From a virus: DNA of 64,000 bases. Positions 46,620-55,761 of this stretch are shown piece after piece (position 1 is the first letter of the stretch; every line of letters begins with the position of its first letter). The stretch lies in IMG/VR virus record IMGVR_UViG_3300017725_000001, positions 1 to 64,000 of that record, one strand, 5' to 3'. The notes under the pieces were generated by a model. That model ran no database searches. It was not told the origin of the DNA and saw nothing but the letters and a program-made list of their open reading frames with translations. A program made the position numbers and the translations under genes.

Positions 46620-47106
46620 TTATGTCAAGTACCTCCGGTAGTTTATTTGCTTCTTTAACAAATAATACACATGGTGCATTTGGTTTATCACTTAATGGAA
46701 CATTTAGTAAATGTCCAAATTTTAATTTAGGTGCATACCATTTTACGTCAGTATAAATATTGGTAATTTGAATATCCATAAACTTGGGTGTATATCCTGT
46801 AATAGGATTAAATGCAAATACACTAAATCCTCTATCGTTTAAGCTCATTAAACTTACTACTTCTGGATCTCCAACACTTGGATCGCATATTACTACACTC
46901 CAGTCTAATGGCATAGTAATTTGGTATTCACCAATTTTAAGTACTGCCGCTGGTGCATAAAAACTTTCTAAGAATACAAGTGGTATAAAATAATAATCTA
47001 TATGACTAGGATTACTATAATCTAAAATACTGTATCTTAAATCTTCTATTGTATCTGGTATGTCGTCAAGTTCATACGTATTGTTGTCTACTGTTAATAT
47101 TTTCAT
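46606..47106 (-). CDS. Conserved hypothetical protein
   Basis: 166 aa, beta-rich; AAGGA SD. Confidence 0.6.
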   Translation of the reverse strand: MKILTVDNNTYELDDIPDTIEDLRYSILDYSNPSHIDYYFIPLVFLESFYAPAAVLKIGEYQITMPLDWSVVICDPSVGDPEVVSLMSLNDRGFSVFAFNPITGYTPKFMDIQITNIYTDVKWYAPKLKFGHLLNVPLSDKPNAPCVLFVKEANKLPEVLDISELW

Positions 47107-47115
47107 TTTTATTCC

Positions 47116-48567
47116 TTAAAGCCAATTTACTTTTTCAATAGTAAATGGATAATTTGCTTCTTTGTAAAATTTCTTACGTTCTGTAAGATGTCTTTTACTA
47201 AATTTAGCTGAACTTGTAATATCCCATATCTGCACATTATCTTTGTCTTCTGCTTTTCTAATACCACGTCCAATACTTTGTATTACTCTAACAAAGCTCT
47301 TTCCTGGTTCTATTAAAACAAGATTAAATATACGTGGAATATTAATACCTACTGCCGCAACACCATATGTTGCTACAACAATTTGATTAGTTCCCTCATT
47401 AATGTCGTCATAATGATCTTTACGTGTAGTAGTTTTCATCTCACCACTAACAAAGTTAGCTTCAGCTATATTATCGCATATTAGCTGACCTGCTTTGATT
47501 CTATCTACTAATACAAGAGTATTACCAGAAGCAGATACTTTTTTAATTAAACCACTTATATACTTCATACGTGAAGCATTAGTAGTTAGGTAAGTTAGTT
47601 CGCTTTGATAATTGTTGTATTCTGATACTTCTTTTAATTGCACTACATTAACATGACATTGACTTAGAACTTCTTTTTCTTGTAGTTCACTTGCCGCCAG
47701 TTTGTGTGTAACTTCTCCTAAACAAGCCTGTAAACTAACCTTCTCATGATCAGCTTTTGGTATAGTGCCTGTTAAACCCCATCTTAGTGGAATGTTTGAA
47801 AAATCTTTTGTTAGTAATTCTTTTAATACTTCTGCTTTTGCTTGATGTACTTCGTCAACTATTACACATACTACATCTTCTGCAAAATCTACTAAACTTA
47901 AATCTGATTCTCCTTCTTTAAATCTTTTTCTTATACTGTTTAAACTCTGCCAAGTACAAATAGTATGGGTGTGTCCTAATTCTTTTTTGTCGCCATAATA
48001 AACGCCAACATCTAATCCTAAATTTGCATAATCAGCATATGTTTGTGTAACTAAATCTTTATTAGGTACAATAACAATGCTCCTTCCATACTTTTCTACT
48101 TTGTTGCTTAATGCCGCGGTTATTAACGTCTTACCGGCACCTGTAGCTATCTCCTGTAGACAATGTGGTGTTGCTAGATACTTGTTAATAATTTCTACTT
48201 GATAGTCTCTTAAAATTACAGGCTCGCCTGCAACAACATGACCTTCTGGCCACACTTTGTTTTCAAATGTGTTTTCATCTACAGGATCAAATTGAAAGTC
48301 ATATTTAAAACGTAAGTCATTTAGATCTATTTCATAACCCTGTCCCATAATAATAGGCAATACTTTATCTAATAGGTTAGTATACGTAATTCCACCTATA
48401 GTGAAATAAGACGTACATCCATCCCATCTACCTAGCTTAAAAGCTGGTACGTGATATGCATAAGGAAGAAAAAACTTTAATTCTTTTTCACACTTTCTAC
48501 GTGTGTCTATATCTAAGCCTTCTACTTTGCAATTCACTTCATCTTTCAGAGTTATCTTACATTTCAT
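47116..48567 (-). CDS. uvsW: UvsW-like SF2 helicase
   Basis: LRDYQ, ATGAGKT, DEVH, GLTGT, QSIGRGIR. Confidence 0.9.
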   Translation of the reverse strand: MKCKITLKDEVNCKVEGLDIDTRRKCEKELKFFLPYAYHVPAFKLGRWDGCTSYFTIGGITYTNLLDKVLPIIMGQGYEIDLNDLRFKYDFQFDPVDENTFENKVWPEGHVVAGEPVILRDYQVEIINKYLATPHCLQEIATGAGKTLITAALSNKVEKYGRSIVIVPNKDLVTQTYADYANLGLDVGVYYGDKKELGHTHTICTWQSLNSIRKRFKEGESDLSLVDFAEDVVCVIVDEVHQAKAEVLKELLTKDFSNIPLRWGLTGTIPKADHEKVSLQACLGEVTHKLAASELQEKEVLSQCHVNVVQLKEVSEYNNYQSELTYLTTNASRMKYISGLIKKVSASGNTLVLVDRIKAGQLICDNIAEANFVSGEMKTTTRKDHYDDINEGTNQIVVATYGVAAVGINIPRIFNLVLIEPGKSFVRVIQSIGRGIRKAEDKDNVQIWDITSSAKFSKRHLTERKKFYKEANYPFTIEKVNWL

Positions 48568-48573
48568 ATTTAT

Positions 48574-48602
48574 ATATTACAGTACTTATGTTGAATTGTC
48601 AA
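48574..48602 (-). promoter_or_regulatory. sigma70 promoter giving a leaderless uvsW mRNA
   Basis: TTGACA-N17-TAATAT-N6-ATG(48567). Confidence 0.75.
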
Positions 48603-48623
48603 TGAATTTGAGAAAAAACATTG

Positions 48624-48654
48624 AAAAGCGAAGAGGGGAATTTCACCCCTCTTC
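48624..48654 (-). terminator. Intrinsic terminator
   Basis: gaagagggg..cccctcttc hairpin followed by T-rich sequence. Confidence 0.65.
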
Positions 48655-48672
48655 TATAGTTAGAAAACTGTT

Positions 48673-49536
48673 TTAAGAAACAGTTCGCCTCATACAAGTA
48701 ACTTCAGCGGTTCTTTTCCACTTGTCACCCATAGACTTTTTAAGATCTGCAAGTTTGGTAACCATTCTCAAACTTATTTCTCTCATCTTATCTTTGTTAT
48801 CGATCATGAAATTCATTACATCATCTTTTTCAGCTTCGCTGAACATATACTCGTTAAGCATACCGTCTTTAACTATTTGCTTACATCTAAGAACTTTCTC
48901 CCTAGTTGTATCCATAGTAAGATCTAAGTAATGACATCTTGACATTATAGCATCAAGGTGATCTTTAATTTTACCTCTTACATTATCAAACTTAAGGTTA
49001 GTGATGAATATAACTGAACCATTAAATTCAAATGTATCAGGTATACCTTCACGTCTTAATAGAGCTGAATCTGTATTCCAACATAGCTTTCTTTTCTTAC
49101 TAGAATCCAAAGCCGCTTTCAACAAGTTCAAACTAGTTTCATCATATAGTACTGTATCACAGTCATCAAGTACTAATACGTTTGATTTGTCTGCATTATT
49201 GTAAAGAACTTTGTACAAACCTATTGCACTTGAAGCACCCTTTACAGTTTCAAATTTTGCTTTATTACCACCTAGTACATCAAACAATGAATTCTTTTCT
49301 AGAACTTGTTCAACACCAAATGATTTACCTACGCCTGGAGGGCCTGTTACTACCATACCTCTAACAACACCATCTATTGAAGCTTGTGTCATATCATCAA
49401 GTATAGAGAACCTTTCTCTCATACGTTCTATGATTTGCTCATCAGTCTCGTTAGGATTGTCTTTTACTTTAGTAGGAAGAACTTCAACGATTGTCTCGCC
49501 TTTTTTGTTTTTTCTTTGTCTTTTTAATTGTGCCAT
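48673..49536 (-). CDS. AAA+ ATPase
   Basis: GPPGVGKS, VLVLDDCD, IFITN, SR arginine finger. Confidence 0.8.
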   Translation of the reverse strand: MAQLKRQRKNKKGETIVEVLPTKVKDNPNETDEQIIERMRERFSILDDMTQASIDGVVRGMVVTGPPGVGKSFGVEQVLEKNSLFDVLGGNKAKFETVKGASSAIGLYKVLYNNADKSNVLVLDDCDTVLYDETSLNLLKAALDSSKKRKLCWNTDSALLRREGIPDTFEFNGSVIFITNLKFDNVRGKIKDHLDAIMSRCHYLDLTMDTTREKVLRCKQIVKDGMLNEYMFSEAEKDDVMNFMIDNKDKMREISLRMVTKLADLKKSMGDKWKRTAEVTCMRRTVS

Positions 49537-49562
49537 TTACGACTCCTATTTCTTAATGTTTA

Positions 49563-49610
49563 TTTCTAACTATACATATATAATAAGATATCTTGGTAGA
49601 AAAGTCAACC
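49563..49610 (-). promoter_or_regulatory. Repeated 48-bp early sigma70 promoter cassette, copy 3
   Basis: TTGACT-N17-TATTAT; spacer carries the perfect palindrome AAGATATCTT. Confidence 0.8.
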
Positions 49611-49683
49611 TTTTTATGCACTTTTTTTTAATTTTTTTTGGAGTGTAAACCCTTGATTTTATTGGGTTTTTTGTTTTTCATAG

Positions 49684-49713
49684 AAAAAGGCCCAAAAAAA
49701 ATGGGCCTTTTTT
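49684..49713 (-). terminator. Intrinsic terminator (bidirectional)
   Basis: aaaaggccca..tgggcctttt. Confidence 0.7.
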
Positions 49714-49728
49714 CTGTTAGTAACTTAA

Positions 49729-49989
49729 TTATGCTACTACTCTTCTTCTTGGAATTGAATATTCCATCTCAGGTCTGCCTACTGCGCCTGAATCAACTGC
49801 TTTAGCTTTTACGTTAAAGCCAGCTTCTTTTAGCTCAAGTAACCTTGCCGCTGGAGAAGCAATATCTAAGTCATTTCTTAGATCGTTCATTGTGAACGTA
49901 CTTCCTGTACCCCAGAAATTAGCTAGGATTCTTTGATTTTGTGTACCTTCTGAAAAGAAAGTAGCACCTTTTGCATTTGATCTTGCCAT
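49729..49989 (-). CDS. Winged HTH DNA-binding protein
   Basis: TQNQRIL..IASPAARLLELKEAGFNV; own sigma70 promoter. Confidence 0.65.
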   Translation of the reverse strand: MARSNAKGATFFSEGTQNQRILANFWGTGSTFTMNDLRNDLDIASPAARLLELKEAGFNVKAKAVDSGAVGRPEMEYSIPRRRVVA

Positions 49990-50067
49990 TTTATTTCTCC
50001 CTTGTTTTTATTAAATTAATTTAATAAATTAAATTAACTATTACTATATAATAAAATGCGAAATATG

Positions 50068-50394
50068 TCAAGCAATTATTTTTGCTAGGATTGCCATCAT
50101 TATACCAACACCTGTTGCACTAGAAATAAGTGCTACCCAAAATCCACCTGGATAAAACCAAATGAATAAAGGAAAGAAAACTAGGCTTACCAATACAAAG
50201 TATACGGTTTGATAACTAAATGTTTTTAAAGTTTGAAAATCTACTCCACTATAATGCATAATTACCAATGTAATAAAACTTACCAATGGTATTCCCATTA
50301 TAAATGCACCGGCTGTTGGATTCTTTTGTGCTAATGTACTTACTATACCAATTAGTAATCCACCTACAACAGATTTTATAAGTATATCAACCAT
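50068..50394 (-). CDS. Membrane protein (DUF3147-like)
   Basis: 4 TMs; K...GG, GAFI.GIPLVS. Confidence 0.6.
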   Translation of the reverse strand: MVDILIKSVVGGLLIGIVSTLAQKNPTAGAFIMGIPLVSFITLVIMHYSGVDFQTLKTFSYQTVYFVLVSLVFFPLFIWFYPGGFWVALISSATGVGIMMAILAKIIA

Positions 50395-51107
50395 TATGCA
50401 ATACTTAAAATTTTAACACGGTTTACCATAGTTTCTTTAGCACCTGTATATTTAGATAGTTCATGCTTGTTAACTGTAGCACGAATCTTAATAGTTTTGT
50501 TAGCAATAATATCACTAATATCTGGTTGATCTCTCCACCAAAACTTAACAATATCTTTTTCTGCATAACAAGTAGAAATCATATAGACATTACTAGTTTG
50601 AATAAATTTAACATCAAGTACTTCTACATCAATATCAAAACGTTTACCTTTTTCACCAAAATATTGGCTACTGTGTTTTAGACCTGACATACGATCTGCA
50701 ATAACTTCACGTTTTTTGTCAATACTAACACTATGTGGTAAACTTGCAATAATGCTTATTGAAAACTTATTCACGTCAGCTTCTGATAATGCTTTAACAA
50801 CATTGCTCTCAAAATTGTTAAGAGTATTTGTCATCTTTTTTAGCATTAATTTACCATTAATACTATTAATTAGATTATTAGCTTCTTCTACAGTTTCTGT
50901 TGTGAAATTTGTTTTACCAGCATCTTTTGCTTTTAATAGAGATAACATCATAGTTTTATTATCATCTATTTTTACTGGTTCACCACTCGCATGATCAGTA
51001 TCTGTATAACCATGTCCACTTTTAATGAATCCTTGTGACTTGTATACTTCAACAGAAGCACACATCACATCTAATGTAGTGATATTATTAAATAAATTTT
51101 TTGGCAT
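50394..51107 (-). CDS. Hypothetical protein with C-terminal OB-like domain
   Basis: S.YFG..GKR...ATV.KH......ET.VNRVK; early promoter near 51166-51192. Confidence 0.55.
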   Translation of the reverse strand: MPKNLFNNITTLDVMCASVEVYKSQGFIKSGHGYTDTDHASGEPVKIDDNKTMMLSLLKAKDAGKTNFTTETVEEANNLINSINGKLMLKKMTNTLNNFESNVVKALSEADVNKFSISIIASLPHSVSIDKKREVIADRMSGLKHSSQYFGEKGKRFDIDVEVLDVKFIQTSNVYMISTCYAEKDIVKFWWRDQPDISDIIANKTIKIRATVNKHELSKYTGAKETMVNRVKILSIA

Positions 51108-51206
51108 AGTTTGCTCCTGTGTTTGGGATGTCCGCCCTGTTGGTTTTTACAATCTATACGTTAATTATACGGCTTAAAAAAATTTTTGTCAACCAATAAT
51201 ATGGCG

Positions 51207-51665
51207 TTATAACGAAATATCTTCTAAACCAGCCGCTCTTAGCTTAACTATGTTGTTTATTTGAAATCCTTTAGCTTCTAAAGCCTTAATAATTCCTATG
51301 TATCGATTACGTACTAAACTAAAATCATTGATTAGGTACTGCAAATCAACCACTTCTTGTTCTCCATCCACATACTTTTCTGCATCTCTACTGCTTAATG
51401 CTTTATTATAATTTTCCAAGTATTTTCTGAACGTTTTAGCACGTAGTTTTCTCATTTCAGTATTGAGAAACTCTAGTATTGCTTCTACTTCCTGTAACTG
51501 ATTAAATCTATGCTCCACAACACCAGGCATCTCTCTACTATGCTTTTCGAGATTACCTTTCATTCCACATTCAAAACGAGCTTGATCAATTTCTTTCTCA
51601 AAATGAGAAATAGTTTCAACTATCTCGCTTAAATTTGCAGTTACTTTACGATACCATACACTCAT
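51207..51665 (-). CDS. uvsY: Recombination mediator UvsY-like
   Basis: LSSRDAEKYVDGE, KGFQINNIVKLR.AG; downstream of UvsX. Confidence 0.75.
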   Translation of the reverse strand: MSVWYRKVTANLSEIVETISHFEKEIDQARFECGMKGNLEKHSREMPGVVEHRFNQLQEVEAILEFLNTEMRKLRAKTFRKYLENYNKALSSRDAEKYVDGEQEVVDLQYLINDFSLVRNRYIGIIKALEAKGFQINNIVKLRAAGLEDISL

Positions 51666-51667
51666 AA

Positions 51668-51946
51668 TTAATATTGCTCATCGTCATCATCACTATAGCC
51701 TTCACTATAGTCATCATACGGATCTTCATCATCATCGTTGTTTTCTATATATTCGTCCATTGCATCTGCAAGGTAATCACAATGATCAGCTATTTCTTTT
51801 GCCGCAGTTTTAATTTCAAAACCATAGTCAGCTAGATGATAAACGAATTTATTAGCAAATTCAGGTTTATCCTTTTCACTAATAAATTCTTTAGCTTCAT
51901 CATACAGATTAAACAATAATTCAAAGTCTCCATCTGTTATATTCAT
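51668..51946 (-). CDS. Acidic hypothetical protein
   Basis: D/E-rich tail. Confidence 0.55.
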   Translation of the reverse strand: MNITDGDFELLFNLYDEAKEFISEKDKPEFANKFVYHLADYGFEIKTAAKEIADHCDYLADAMDEYIENNDDDEDPYDDYSEGYSDDDDEQY

Positions 51947-51948
51947 CT

Positions 51949-53040
51949 TTACTCCTCTGTTACTTCAGGTGCTTCTTGTTCTGGAAGTGCATCTTGCACA
52001 TCTTGAGGTTGCTTATCCCATTCCGACATAACTAGATCCAAGTGATCTGCTTCATTACTTGCCCAAGCCTTACGGAACTTTGTTACTACTTCTCCTGTAA
52101 CAGGACTAGTATATTCTAATCTGTTTCCAGTTTTTTTGAGGGCACCTTTACCTTCAAAGAAGTCTACTAAACCACTGTGTGGACTCATTCCTGTTTCATA
52201 AGGAATTTCAACTTGTACACTTTCAAATGGTTTACTATATCTTGTTTTCATTACTTTACAGGCCGCTCTAATACCATGTACTTCACTGGTCTTATTACCG
52301 TCTGCATCAACTTTTAATTTGAGTTTACGCATTGCAATAACAATACTACTTGCATAGATAAAGCCTTGTCCACCTGATATTTTATCATCTGGATCAAACA
52401 TATCTTGCGATGCATATGTATGGTTAGTACACAACATACCAACATTATATTCACCAAACATATTAACAGTATTTCTAACAAGTGATGTTAGTGCTTTAGG
52501 CTTACGACCCATGTCACCTTTCATATCACCTTTTTGAAACTGATCAACATCTGTTGGTGTTAACAACATACCCAAACTATCTACAACAAACAACACCTTA
52601 GGTCTTTCTTCTTTTTCTTTTTCAGCATATTCTGCTTTGTAATCTCTCATAAAGTCACTAACTGTTTTAGCAACATCATCAATCATACTCATGTTTAGTT
52701 TTAGTAGTTTATCTGGATCTGTATTTACGTCCAAGGCGTGTAGCCATTTCTCATCTAGTGCATTCTCACTATCAATTAGAATAACAAATATGCCTTGGTC
52801 TTGTGCATTTTTTACAACATTTCCTGCCGCAATAAATGATTTACCAGCACCTGATTCTCCTGCAAGTACTGTTACCTTACCAAGTGGAATACCTTTATGA
52901 AAGTCATCACTGATAAGTTTATTTAATGTATAATTTCCTGTAGATATCCAAGTGTCAGGATCATTAAAGCCTACTGAAAGACCTGGAACTGACTTTGTAA
53001 TACTCTTACGGAATTTACTTACGTCAAATGGTTTTGCCAT
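51949..53040 (-). CDS. uvsX: RecA-like recombinase UvsX
   Basis: WISTG, GESGAGKS, DSE.A, VVDSLG, NHTY, SGG, KTR. Confidence 0.92.
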   Translation of the reverse strand: MAKPFDVSKFRKSITKSVPGLSVGFNDPDTWISTGNYTLNKLISDDFHKGIPLGKVTVLAGESGAGKSFIAAGNVVKNAQDQGIFVILIDSENALDEKWLHALDVNTDPDKLLKLNMSMIDDVAKTVSDFMRDYKAEYAEKEKEERPKVLFVVDSLGMLLTPTDVDQFQKGDMKGDMGRKPKALTSLVRNTVNMFGEYNVGMLCTNHTYASQDMFDPDDKISGGQGFIYASSIVIAMRKLKLKVDADGNKTSEVHGIRAACKVMKTRYSKPFESVQVEIPYETGMSPHSGLVDFFEGKGALKKTGNRLEYTSPVTGEVVTKFRKAWASNEADHLDLVMSEWDKQPQDVQDALPEQEAPEVTEE

Positions 53041-53060
53041 ATGTTTTTTCTCCTTGTTAA

Positions 53061-53085
53061 AAGAGTGTAGCCGAAGCTACACTCT
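53061..53085 (-). terminator. Hairpin / terminator after the SSB gene
   Basis: agagtgtagc-cgaa-gctacactct; UUCG loop on the minus strand, then TTTT. Confidence 0.75.
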
Positions 53086-53093
53086 AGATTTAA

Positions 53094-54116
53094 TTACTGC
53101 TTTCTATTTCTAATAGCCGCTAAAATGTCTTGAGCACTCGGTGCATCACCTGCTGGTGCCGCAGTAGCAGTTGCCATTTCTGGTTCCTTGTTAACTACTG
53201 GTGCCGCTGGTGCTGGCGTTGGCGTTGGAGCAACGGGTGCTACTGGCGCCGGTTGAGGTGCTGGTTGCGGTGTACTAGCAGTAGTTTCAATTACCTTAGC
53301 TTCTGGCTTAGGTGAACTACCACTTGGTGCATCTACACCATATGGACGATAATAAGAACCAAAACGTTCTGGATCATATAGTTGTCCATCTACACTCGCT
53401 TCAAACATTTCAAAAATTGCATTTAGCGATTCTGCATCTGGCTTCTTAGGAAGGAAGTCATTTAGATTAAACAAACCGTGTTTTGCAATAGCATCACGTT
53501 CTGCTTGATCTAGACTACGTTCTCTACGAGCCCAATTAGATGTTGAATAATCAGCATACTGACCTTTGGTAGATTTCTTAACTGTGAAATCAGTACCTGC
53601 TTCGTAATCAGTTGGTATCTCCTGAAATTCAGGATCCATTAATGCTGAGCTGATAATTTTATAAATCTGTGGTGAAATAACAAATCGTCTGATTGGATTT
53701 TCTGGAAGACTGTCTTCTTGCATATCACTTGCAGTTACAAAACCTTGGAAAATGTATGAACGTTTTTTCCAATATTTACGACCCATATCTTCCATAGTCG
53801 TATCTTTAAACCAAGGACGGATTTCTGCATGAACTGGGCATTGTTCTCCCCACATTTCCACACACGGAACCTGTACTGTTACTGGTTTAGTTTCGTCTTG
53901 ACCCTTTACACCAGGAAAACTCAAACGAATCATTTGTCTTTCTTTCCAAAAGAAAGTATTGTTCTCGTCTGCGTCTGGTAAGAATCTAAGTGTTGCTGAT
54001 GTGCCCTCTGGTATGTTCCAGTGAGCGAAGATGGCGTTATCTGACGCCATGTTAGAGCTTGTGCTCTTTGTTTCTTGTGCCTGTAATTTAGCACGGATAT
54101 CTGCTAAAGATGCCAT
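53094..54116 (-). CDS. Single-stranded DNA-binding protein (T4 gp32-like)
   Basis: LRFLPD, C...W...CP, YWKKRSY, G.DF, YADYS.S.W; Pro/Ala linker. Confidence 0.88.
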   Translation of the reverse strand: MASLADIRAKLQAQETKSTSSNMASDNAIFAHWNIPEGTSATLRFLPDADENNTFFWKERQMIRLSFPGVKGQDETKPVTVQVPCVEMWGEQCPVHAEIRPWFKDTTMEDMGRKYWKKRSYIFQGFVTASDMQEDSLPENPIRRFVISPQIYKIISSALMDPEFQEIPTDYEAGTDFTVKKSTKGQYADYSTSNWARRERSLDQAERDAIAKHGLFNLNDFLPKKPDAESLNAIFEMFEASVDGQLYDPERFGSYYRPYGVDAPSGSSPKPEAKVIETTASTPQPAPQPAPVAPVAPTPTPAPAAPVVNKEPEMATATAAPAGDAPSAQDILAAIRNRKQ

Positions 54117-54240
54117 AATGTATCTCCTTTATTAGCCTATAATAGTAAGTTAACTCTGTGTTAACTTTTTAGTGTAATCTATTGATTACGTTTGCCTTTG
54201 TTAGCCTGTACAGTATACAGTTTATAGTACTTACTGTCAA
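54117..54240 (-). promoter_or_regulatory. sigma70 promoter and structured leader of the SSB gene
   Basis: TTGACA-N17-TATACT; two hairpins and direct repeat AGGCTAA(C/T)AAAGG. Confidence 0.65.
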
Positions 54241-54247
54241 GTACTTT

Positions 54248-55723
54248 TTACGCAACTTTTCTACGTAAACTTTTTACCGATGATTCTACTATGCTTTCAG
54301 CTGGTGCTTGTTCTTTAGACGGTGCTTTATAATGCTTGTCTAAGAATATAGCCATTTTGTTTACCAGACTAAGTTTTTGTTGTGGTAAACGATGTAATTC
54401 GCTACCAATTAAACTTAAATGGTTAAATGCTTCATCATTCTTACTGTTCATAGCAAGGTAAGATAGTAAACTACTTAATTTTGCTTGAGCACCCATTCCA
54501 CCTGAGTATTTAATAGGATCTTCGTTATCTGGATGATCCGGATCTGCTGGATCAATATTAAGTTTAAAATCAACTTTATCTTTGATCATTCCGTATAACT
54601 TCATAATTGCGTCATTAACCATATCATCCATAGAATCTGCTTCCTTTACTATACGAGCTATTGTTTCAAGAACTGCATTCATATCTGCATTCTTAAACGT
54701 ATTGTACATGAATTTATCCGCAATGTCAACCGGTTTATCTGAATTTTCAACGATTGGAGTTTTAGCTTCAAAATTACTGTAACCTTTTGATGTTTGTAAA
54801 CTTTCTATAGTATGTTTTAAACCTTTTAATTTGCTCTTACAAGTTTCTACAATTTTTTCGTTAGTTTCGTTAACTAATTTGTTTGAACGAACGTGTTTAA
54901 CAAATGTATTCACTTGAGCTATTTCTTCACAAAGTTGTAAAATTGATTCACCAATTGCATCATATGGTGTACCACCATGACTTACATGGTTGGCCATAGC
55001 TTTTGCACCATTTAAATATTTGTATGGGAATTTAAATCTTTCACCTGTTGAATTTTCAATAAACAAGCCTTTGATGTTACGTGATCTACTACCACGTACT
55101 TCTTCATCTACTGCTTTATTGTGTCTGATAACTAATCTTGTTGATTCTGGAAACATAACATAACTTGATTTTAATGTACCTGTTGCTTTTCTATATGCTT
55201 CATTTACTGTTTCAGTAAAATCATTCATTCCATAATAGTCTGTATCTTTAGCAATAGGTGGTGCTTTGTAAATATCTGGTTCAGCTTGTATAGCTTCTCT
55301 AGCTGATTGTACATCAGCTTTACCACCTTCAATGTATAATGTTCCATTATTAAAGAAACCATCTAGTCCTGCATCTTTAATAGTATTTAAACAAGTTTTT
55401 TCATAGCCTTCAGCTACAAAGTCTTTTGGAACTATGTTTTTATCAAATTTTCTTACGTTATATTCTGCCATGGCGTTATGTCCTGCTTTCTTTATACTGT
55501 CAAGCATGGCTTTGTTTTTATCAAAACTAAAGTCTGCACCTGCTTGAACTACAATTTCAGTATCTTCATTTTCAATTCTTTTTGTTACTAAAAAGTCATC
55601 TTCGTATGCATAAAATCTAGATGCTGATTCAGGATCTAGTGTTTTAGCACCCATTGCATCAAAAAGTTTTAATTTGATATTAGCGCCTTTTAGTATATTA
55701 AAAATTTCTGTCGATAATTCCAT
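54248..55723 (-). CDS. Conserved virion/head protein
   Basis: RSRNI..LFIEN..GERFKFP...L.GAKAMA.HV.HGG.PYD; several x-x-E sites; late box at 55744-55751. Confidence 0.6.
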   Translation of the reverse strand: MELSTEIFNILKGANIKLKLFDAMGAKTLDPESASRFYAYEDDFLVTKRIENEDTEIVVQAGADFSFDKNKAMLDSIKKAGHNAMAEYNVRKFDKNIVPKDFVAEGYEKTCLNTIKDAGLDGFFNNGTLYIEGGKADVQSAREAIQAEPDIYKAPPIAKDTDYYGMNDFTETVNEAYRKATGTLKSSYVMFPESTRLVIRHNKAVDEEVRGSRSRNIKGLFIENSTGERFKFPYKYLNGAKAMANHVSHGGTPYDAIGESILQLCEEIAQVNTFVKHVRSNKLVNETNEKIVETCKSKLKGLKHTIESLQTSKGYSNFEAKTPIVENSDKPVDIADKFMYNTFKNADMNAVLETIARIVKEADSMDDMVNDAIMKLYGMIKDKVDFKLNIDPADPDHPDNEDPIKYSGGMGAQAKLSSLLSYLAMNSKNDEAFNHLSLIGSELHRLPQQKLSLVNKMAIFLDKHYKAPSKEQAPAESIVESSVKSLRRKVA

Positions 55724-55761
55724 TGTTTAGTTATCCTTTAATGTATTTATCATTTTAAGCA

